From: an uncultured Pseudomonadales bacterium
GTDB taxonomy: Bacteria; Patescibacteriota; Microgenomatia; UBA1400; PJMF01
NCBI GenBank assembly: GCA_964633875.1
Contig: CAZWKL010000001.1
Coordinates: 193,841 to 257,840 of the forward strand
Direction of reading: 5' to 3'
DNA: 64,000 nucleotides
A program made the position numbers and the translations under genes. The notes under the pieces are model-generated. The model ran no database searches, was not told where the DNA came from, and saw only the letters and a list, made by a program, of their open reading frames with translations. Shown piece after piece: positions 57,844-64,000 of the stretch; positions within the stretch are counted from its first letter, which is position 1; every line of letters starts with the position of its first letter.

Positions 57844-59835
57844 ATGTTCAATTTTTCTACTGCTCAAATACCATTGCTGAAAAGAAAAAAGGCAGTTCCT
57901 GATACTGATGGAGTAGACACCAAAGCAACTGCGCTGGCAATGGATGGCACACTCAAATTACCCTGGTATCGCCGGCTAAGCAAACTACAAATTGGTCTGC
58001 TGGCAGGAGTAATAATTTTACTAACCGCCCTGATTACCATTGGTATTTTTACTTATGTGATAGCTAAAAACTTGTCCGTCCAAGCAAGAGAGGCCGAATT
58101 TACTGCCATGGAGGCTTATGACGCCTTTAAAGGCCAAAATCTGCCTTTAACAGAGGAAAAACTTTTGGTTTTGGATGCTCAACTGCAGGATTTTACTACT
58201 ACCTACAAACAGCTTTCCTTCTATAAATTTGTGCCTTTTGCCAAAACTTACTATCTTGACGGTGAGCATGGTTTGAAAGCAGCCGCGGCAGGTATGTCGG
58301 CTGGAGAAAAAGCCATCGCCGCCATTACACCTTACGCCGACGTGCTGGGCTTTACCGGCGAAGACTCTTTTGAAGGCGGCACTACCGAAGACCGGATTAA
58401 GGTGATTTTGGACACCATTGATTTAGTTATGCCTGTTTTCAATGATATGACTGCTGATCTGCAAATCATGGAACAAGAATTGCTTGAGATAGATCCTAAT
58501 GATTATCCTGAGTCTTTGGCGGGTAAACCGGTAAGACAATACGTCGAGCAAGTCCATGAACTAGCAAGCGGAGCAGTCACTGCTGTTACTGAGTACCGGC
58601 CAGTGATTGAGCAAATTCCTTACGTGGCCGGCGCCAATGGCGAAACCAGAAAGTACCTGATCTTGTTCCAAAACGACAACGAATTACGCCCCACCGGCGG
58701 TTTTCTTACCGCTTACGCCATTATTAATGTCACTGACGGGAAAGTTGAGGCTCAAAAATCTGATGACATTTACGAGCTTGATCAAAAATTCCGGGCTAAC
58801 TTGCCGATTCCGGAAAAACTCGGCAGGTACCTTACCTCGGAGCGGTACTGGAACTTGAGAGATATGAATGTTTCACCCGACTTCAAGTCTTCCATGGATA
58901 CTTTTTTTGAGAATTATCAAAACGTTCCTGGCGAACCCTCAGACGAGATTGATGGCATTATTGCTGTTGATACTCACTTTCTTACCAACTTACTCACCGT
59001 GTTGGGGCCGGTAGCAGTGCCTGGATACGGTACTTTTTCTTCAGAAATTGATCCGCGCTGCGACTGTCCACAAATCATTTACGTACTTTCCGAAATCATT
59101 ACCCGTCCCACTCCATACATGCGCGAGGACAGAAAAGGCATTCTTGGCCCGCTCATGAGCGCGATTCTCAGCAAAGCCTATGGTGCACCTAAACAACAGT
59201 GGCCCGATCTTTTCGCCACCGGTTTTGCCAGCGTGCAAAATAAACACGCTCAGTTCTACTTCCTTAATGACGACATTCAAAAAGCCGCTGAAACTGTTGA
59301 AGTTGCAGGCAGAATGCTTCCGGTCGAAAACTCAGACTTCTTGGCCATCATCAACTCCAACTTGGCCGGAGCAAAATCCAACCTCTTTATTAATTACGAC
59401 GTCAAACAAACCGTTGCCGAGCCTGAAAGCGGTTATATCACTAAAACTGTAGAAATAACCTACCGCAACACCCGCCGCGCTGACAACTGCAATCTTGAGG
59501 CCGGCCTGCTTTGCCTCAACGCCACTCTCAGAGACTGGACCAGAATTTATGTGCCCGCCGGCTCCGAACTGATTCAAGCCCAAGGTTTTTCCGAAGAACC
59601 GGAAACATACGAAGAAAGTGGCTTCACCGTCTTTGATGGCTTTTTCACCTTAGAGCCGCTGGCTCAAGCCAAGCTGGTCCTGACTTACAAAGTTCCTTAC
59701 TTAGACACACAAAATTATCGCTTGCAAATCTGGAAACAGGGCGGAATTGAATCTTACAAATCTCTGCTTGATGTTACTGGCGGCCAAGAAGAAGTCTGGG
59801 TGGAAAAAGACACCACCTATCAGGTTGTTTTCTAA
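57844..59835 (+). CDS. DUF4012-domain membrane-anchored protein
   Basis: N-terminal TM and helical stalk; YLILFQNDNELRPTGGF, RDMNVSPDF, IDGIIAVD, NLAGAKSN, RIYVPAGS; start moved to the second Met, 7 nt after TAGAAT. Confidence 0.85.
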   Translation: MFNFSTAQIPLLKRKKAVPDTDGVDTKATALAMDGTLKLPWYRRLSKLQIGLLAGVIILLTALITIGIFTYVIAKNLSVQAREAEFTAMEAYDAFKGQNLPLTEEKLLVLDAQLQDFTTTYKQLSFYKFVPFAKTYYLDGEHGLKAAAAGMSAGEKAIAAITPYADVLGFTGEDSFEGGTTEDRIKVILDTIDLVMPVFNDMTADLQIMEQELLEIDPNDYPESLAGKPVRQYVEQVHELASGAVTAVTEYRPVIEQIPYVAGANGETRKYLILFQNDNELRPTGGFLTAYAIINVTDGKVEAQKSDDIYELDQKFRANLPIPEKLGRYLTSERYWNLRDMNVSPDFKSSMDTFFENYQNVPGEPSDEIDGIIAVDTHFLTNLLTVLGPVAVPGYGTFSSEIDPRCDCPQIIYVLSEIITRPTPYMREDRKGILGPLMSAILSKAYGAPKQQWPDLFATGFASVQNKHAQFYFLNDDIQKAAETVEVAGRMLPVENSDFLAIINSNLAGAKSNLFINYDVKQTVAEPESGYITKTVEITYRNTRRADNCNLEAGLLCLNATLRDWTRIYVPAGSELIQAQGFSEEPETYEESGFTVFDGFFTLEPLAQAKLVLTYKVPYLDTQNYRLQIWKQGGIESYKSLLDVTGGQEEVWVEKDTTYQVVF

Positions 59836-59849
59836 GCTATACTAGAGGC

Positions 59850-60392
59850 ATGGACAGCCGCACACTTACCACTACGGGCATTGTGCTCAAACGCAAAAAT
59901 ATTGGTGAAACTGACCGCCTGGTTTCGTTGCTGACGGCTGATTACGGCAAAATCATGGTGGTAGCCAAAGGCATTCGCAAACTCAACTCTTCCAAAGGAG
60001 CCTACTTGGAGCCGGGCAATTTTGTGAAGGCCTTCCTAATCAACACCAAAAGTATGCCTCTGCTTACCCAAGCTATGCTTCTGGAAGATTGTGGCAGCAT
60101 GGAGCAATCACTGCCTAATTTACGCGCTCTCTCCCAACTACTGGAAATCTTTGAAAAACTTTTTGTGGAAGAAAAAATCGAACCTCACACCTATGCTCTA
60201 GTGCTCAAACTCAGAAAACAAATTATCACCAACCAAGTTTCGCCCAAACACATGCGGGCGTTGCTTGGCCAACTAATCAACTCTCTTGGCTACCAACATC
60301 CTCAGGAATCAAAGTACGATACCATCAGCGACTACATCAGCGCTCTAACCGACAAACCGATGAACAGTTATGAGTTCTTAATGGTAAAATAA
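59850..60392 (+). CDS. recO: DNA repair protein RecO (short form)
   Basis: GIVLKRKNIGETDRLVSLLT.DYGKI...AKGIRK..S; 180 aa with no Zn-finger C-terminus. Confidence 0.9.
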   Translation: MDSRTLTTTGIVLKRKNIGETDRLVSLLTADYGKIMVVAKGIRKLNSSKGAYLEPGNFVKAFLINTKSMPLLTQAMLLEDCGSMEQSLPNLRALSQLLEIFEKLFVEEKIEPHTYALVLKLRKQIITNQVSPKHMRALLGQLINSLGYQHPQESKYDTISDYISALTDKPMNSYEFLMVK

Positions 60393-60398
60393 CATTTG

Positions 60399-61817
60399 AT
60401 GTCAGACACAACTGCGCCACCAACTTTAGAAAATATTGCTTCTTTGTGCAAGCGAAGAGGTTTTGTTTTTCCCACCTCTGAGATTTATGGCGGTTTAGCC
60501 AGCTCGTATGACTACGGACCGCTGGGATCAGTGCTGCTGCACAACATCCGCAATGCCTGGTGGCACGAATTTATCACTCTCCGCCCAGATATGGTAGGCC
60601 TGGATTCTCAGATTTTACTCCATCCGGAAACTTGGGTGGCATCCGGCCACGTCGACTCCTTTAATGATCCGATGGTGGAAGACACCGTTACTCACCTGAG
60701 GTATCGAGCCGACCACTTAATTGAAAAATGGCTTGAACAACAACGGCAGGCAGGTAAATTCGATTGGGAAAACCTGGTGGTTGAAGATTTGACCATCGAG
60801 GAAATGGCTGCTTTTATTGCTGAACACCAGCTGCAAAGTCCTGATGGTCACCCCGTTACTCCGCCCAAGTCGTTTAACTTGCTTTTCGAAACCGAGTTAG
60901 GCTCGGTGATGGGCGACAAAACCAAAGCCTATCTCAGGGGAGAAACGGCTCAAGGAATTTTTAGCAACTTCAAGCAAATCCTGGATTCTACCAGAGTGAG
61001 CATGCCTTTTGGCGCGGGGCAGATCGGCAAGAGTTTCCGCAATGAAATTACCACCGGCCAGTTTGTGTTTAGAACTTTAGAATTTGAGCAGGCCGAAATT
61101 GAGTATTTCTTCAACCCCGAAGAACAAAATTGGCAAGAGCTCTTCCAGATGTGGCAGGAGGCGATGTGGAATTTTGTCACCAAAACTTTGGGCATCAATG
61201 AAAAAAACCTGCAATGGCGCCAACACACCGATAAAGAACGCAGTCACTACAGCAAAGACACCTGGGACCTGGATTATAACTTCCCCTTTGGCTGGAAAGA
61301 ACTCTGGGGTGTTGCTTACCGCGCCGATTACGACCTCAAACAGCAACAAAACCATTCCGGGCACAATCTTGAGTACCGCGACCCTCACTCGGGCAAGACT
61401 TATCTGCCGCACGTGATCGAGCCGGCAGTAGGGATCAATCGTATTTTCCTGATGCTCATCACCGATGCTTACTGGGAAGACCAGGCTAACAACCGGCTAG
61501 TGCTCAAACTTAAGCCTGCTTTGGCACCTTACAAAGTGGCGGTTTTCCCGTTGCTCAAAAACAAGCCGGAGCTGGTCAATAAAGCCAAAGAAGTTTTTGC
61601 CAAATTAAGCCAAAATTTTGCTGCAGCCTGGGATGATCGCGGCAACATTGGCAAGCGATATTTGTACCAAGACGAAATTGGCACGCCTTACTGTGTGACT
61701 GTAGATTTTGAAAGTCTCACCGACAATACAGTCACTGTCAGGGACCGTGACACCACCAAACAGGAAAGAGTGCAAGTTTCAGAGTTGAAAGAGTACCTTC
61801 GCCAGAGAATGAGCTAA
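60399..61817 (+). CDS. glyQS: Glycine--tRNA ligase (alpha2, class II)
   Basis: CKRRGFVF..EIYGG, YDYGPLG, LRGETAQG, GKSFRNEIT, EFEQAEIE, VIEP..G..R, DEIGTP. Confidence 0.95.
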   Translation: MSDTTAPPTLENIASLCKRRGFVFPTSEIYGGLASSYDYGPLGSVLLHNIRNAWWHEFITLRPDMVGLDSQILLHPETWVASGHVDSFNDPMVEDTVTHLRYRADHLIEKWLEQQRQAGKFDWENLVVEDLTIEEMAAFIAEHQLQSPDGHPVTPPKSFNLLFETELGSVMGDKTKAYLRGETAQGIFSNFKQILDSTRVSMPFGAGQIGKSFRNEITTGQFVFRTLEFEQAEIEYFFNPEEQNWQELFQMWQEAMWNFVTKTLGINEKNLQWRQHTDKERSHYSKDTWDLDYNFPFGWKELWGVAYRADYDLKQQQNHSGHNLEYRDPHSGKTYLPHVIEPAVGINRIFLMLITDAYWEDQANNRLVLKLKPALAPYKVAVFPLLKNKPELVNKAKEVFAKLSQNFAAAWDDRGNIGKRYLYQDEIGTPYCVTVDFESLTDNTVTVRDRDTTKQERVQVSELKEYLRQRMS

Positions 61818-61841
61818 AAACACCTCTACGCAGGTGTTTTT
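61816..61841 (+). terminator. Intrinsic terminator after glyQS (potentially bidirectional)
   Basis: AAAAACACCT-ctacgc-AGGTGTTTTT perfect stem at the stop codon. Confidence 0.75.
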
Positions 61842-61897
61842 ACCCTCTGGTCAAGAAAATGTAGCTTTTGCTAAAATATTTGAGACTGAGGTGAAAC

Positions 61898-62713
61898 ATG
61901 AATATGAAAAAAAATAAAAAGCTACTCGCCGGTATCGGCGCTTTGGTAATCTTAGTGATTGCCGGCGGCATCTTTGCCTACACTCAGCTCACCAAAAAAC
62001 CTGCGACAACTGAGGGCGCGGAAAAAAGGAAAATTGCCGAGCCTCTCAACGTTATCCCCATAGCTGAGAGGCCTTACTTGCAAATAGCACCAGTGGCTGA
62101 TGGCAGAAATATTCAGATCATTGTCAAAGAACTGAAAAAACCAGCCAACAACATGGAGTACGAACTAGAGTACCAGTCAGGCACGCTGCTACAAGGCATT
62201 TTCGGCTTACTTGATCTGAGCACCATTCCTGCCAGTGTTACTGAGTTGATGGGCAGTTGCAGCGCCGGTGGCGCCTGTACCTACCACGAAGATATTAAAG
62301 GCGGCACTTTGCTCACCAGATATGAAGGGCCAGAAAATTATGCGCTGAAATCTGACTGGAAATACTTTAACAATGTCGGTAGAGAAACCGAAATTAGTTC
62401 GAAAGATGCTAAATTTCAATTAAATTCCAGCGCTCTCTCGACTATTCGTTACCTGGTGATCTTCAATACCGCGGGCTACCCCGAGGGTCTGGAAGGACAG
62501 CTGGTATCTGAGATTTACTCTTTTGCCACCTCCGCCAATGTTTTATCTGGCACCGGCACCTTAACTATGCGGGCCGCAGAGGAGGGGGAGTTGAAAATCA
62601 TGGGCTGGAACGGCACTGAGTGGGTGGAATTTGCAGGCGAGATTGATCCTGAAGATCCTAAAATGATCAGTGCTGAGGTTGAACTGATGGAACTTTATCT
62701 GGTAGTCAAATAA
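61898..62713 (+). CDS. Membrane-anchored extracellular hypothetical protein with CSAGGAC motif
   Basis: Basic N-terminus then TM, YELEYQ, GSCSAGGACTY, WNGTEW; SD GAGGTG upstream. Confidence 0.8.
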   Translation: MNMKKNKKLLAGIGALVILVIAGGIFAYTQLTKKPATTEGAEKRKIAEPLNVIPIAERPYLQIAPVADGRNIQIIVKELKKPANNMEYELEYQSGTLLQGIFGLLDLSTIPASVTELMGSCSAGGACTYHEDIKGGTLLTRYEGPENYALKSDWKYFNNVGRETEISSKDAKFQLNSSALSTIRYLVIFNTAGYPEGLEGQLVSEIYSFATSANVLSGTGTLTMRAAEEGELKIMGWNGTEWVEFAGEIDPEDPKMISAEVELMELYLVVK

Positions 62714-62738
62714 CTTTTTCATTTCTAAATTACAATGC

Positions 62739-62768
62739 AAACAGGGCTTATCAACAGCCCTGTTTTTT
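62739..62768 (+). terminator. Intrinsic terminator
   Basis: AAACAGGGCT-tatcaac-AGCCCTGTTT running into a T7 tract. Confidence 0.8.
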
Positions 62769-62859
62769 AATCTTCATATAATTTTCTATAAGATAGTTGT
62801 TTTCGGATTAACTTTGTCTTTACAGCCCTGATTGCTACTGTCATACTAGCTTTAATTCT

Positions 62860-62880
62860 AAATGGAAGAAAATGGAGAAT
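62860..62880 (+). promoter_or_regulatory. Putative MraZ operator: AAATGGA direct repeats at 10-bp period
   Basis: AAATGGAAGA AAATGGAGAA, downstream of a CATACT box (62842-62847) and upstream of the mraZ ATG. Confidence 0.5.
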
Positions 62881-62892
62881 AAGCTTATATAA

Positions 62893-63324
62893 ATGTTCAT
62901 CGGCAAATATTATCACAAACTAGAAAGCAATGGCAGGATCGCCTTACCCAAAAGCTTTCGCGATGAACAAAACGACTGGGTAATTACTCGAGGACTGGAT
63001 GGTAGCTTATTTCTCTTCTCGGCGGAGAGCTTTGCAACAGAAGTTGCCAAATTTGAAGCTCGCTCTTTTACAAAAAAGATTAATCGCGATTTTGTTCGTC
63101 TAATGACCAACGAAGCGCAAAAGGTGGGTGTGGACAAAAACGGTCGAGTGCAACTGCCCGAGTACTTGATTGAGTTTGCTCAATTACAAAAAGATATTGT
63201 CATTGTTGGCAGTTTGTCCCGGGTGGAAATCTGGGACCGCAATCGCTATCACCATTATCTTGACGAAATTGAGAATCAAGCAGAGGCAATAGCCGAAGCA
63301 TTAAGTGAAAGCGCCAATGAATAA
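62893..63324 (+). CDS. mraZ: Division/cell-wall cluster transcriptional repressor
   Basis: MFIGKY.H.L...GRIALP..FR, ITRGLDG, VDKNGRV.LP, RVEIWD. Confidence 0.96.
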   Translation: MFIGKYYHKLESNGRIALPKSFRDEQNDWVITRGLDGSLFLFSAESFATEVAKFEARSFTKKINRDFVRLMTNEAQKVGVDKNGRVQLPEYLIEFAQLQKDIVIVGSLSRVEIWDRNRYHHYLDEIENQAEAIAEALSESANE

Positions 63325-64000
63325 TCAACATCTTACTGTTTTACGAACCGAGGCAGTGGCTGCTCTCCAGATTCAGCCTGAACGCTGGTATCTTGACGCT
63401 ACTTTTGGCGGAGGCGGACACACCGCAGCTATCCTCAGTCAGGGTGGCAAAGTAATTGCTTTTGATTGGGATCAACAAGCCATCGCTGACGGCGAAGAAA
63501 AGTTCGCGACCGCAATTAAAGCCGGAAAGTTGATTTTAATCCGGGAAAGCTTCAGCAAAGTGGACACGGAAATCACCGCTCTCTTGGAAGCACAAAAAAT
63601 CAGCCCCATTGATGGTGCCCTTTTTGATTTCGGCACCAGCACGGAACAGCTTACTTCCAGCGACAGAGGTTTCAGCTTTGAAGGTGAAGGCAAGCTTGAC
63701 ATGAGAATGGACACCAGGCTTGGCGTCACCGCTGCGGATATTTTGCAAGCTATCCCTGAGGCTCAGTTGGCGCGGTTGTTTTTTGATTACGGCGGAGAAA
63801 CAGAGAGTAGAAAAATCGCTAAAGCTATTAAAAACTCACCCGAGCCAATTATCACCACTGGCCAACTCAGCCGGTTGATTGAAAAGGTCAAAGGCGGCAG
63901 GCGTGGCAAACTCCACCCCGCCACCAAAGTCTTTCAGGCTTTAAGAATCGCGGTTAATAGTGAGCTTGAGGAAATTGAGGCCGCCTTGCCTCAAACACTT
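63317..64000 (+). CDS. rsmH: 16S rRNA m4C1402 methyltransferase (truncated by window end)
   Basis: MNNQHLTVL..., YLDATFGGGGHT, RGFSF...LDMRMD, YGGE, HPATKVFQALRIAVN; overlaps mraZ stop. Confidence 0.96.
   Translation, partial: MNNQHLTVLRTEAVAALQIQPERWYLDATFGGGGHTAAILSQGGKVIAFDWDQQAIADGEEKFATAIKAGKLILIRESFSKVDTEITALLEAQKISPIDGALFDFGTSTEQLTSSDRGFSFEGEGKLDMRMDTRLGVTAADILQAIPEAQLARLFFDYGGETESRKIAKAIKNSPEPIITTGQLSRLIEKVKGGRRGKLHPATKVFQALRIAVNSELEEIEAALPQTL

Noticed and set aside
59850-60392. recO as a pseudogene because it is short
   Set aside because: Intact OB-fold N-terminus, own promoter box, clean stop next to glyQS and no frameshifted remainder visible
62753-62830. Second ACAGCCCTG copy (62822) that could pair with the terminator's 5' arm as an antiterminator
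   Set aside because: It lies downstream of the termination point, so it could not compete co-transcriptionally; a 9-bp match may be chance
1-64000. tRNA/rRNA genes, CRISPR arrays, alternative genetic code
   Set aside because: Intergenic gaps are nearly all under 100 bp with no cloverleaf or repeat-spacer pattern seen; TGA ends several full-length genes (e.g. rmlB, rmlC), consistent with code 11

Overview
Chromosomal segment of a Patescibacteria (CPR) bacterium, most likely Microgenomates. The assignment is inferred from gene style: alpha2-type GlyRS, short RecO, lineage-typical hypothetical proteins, and a standard code with TGA as stop. About 59 kb (953-59835) between trmD and recO-glyQS-mraZ-rsmH is a single surface-glycan mega-locus. 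It holds rmlBCD, galE, a UDP-GlcA epimerase, UDP-xylose synthase and manC; about 10 GT2 and 9 GT4 enzymes; 7 GT-C-type polytopic membrane transferases and one O-antigen-ligase-like protein; two Wzx flippases and a PglK-like ABC flippase; one priming sugar-phosphate transferase; and an LCP protein and a DUF4012 protein near the two ends. Embedded in it are a HigBA-type toxin-antitoxin pair, an AT-rich island (vioA-GNAT-methyltransferase-ATP-grasp-GTs), a LysM protein and ruvCAB. Notable sequence-level signals are a TANNNT box 5-9 nt before at least 17 start codons (apparent leaderless mRNAs), an unlisted 56-aa membrane ORF coupled to rmlB, a membrane protein with a histone-H1-like tail, a GT-C with an internal signal peptide, and an 89-bp convergent gene overlap. 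No tRNA, rRNA, CRISPR array or transposase was recognised. All family calls come from motif recognition by eye, with no database searches.
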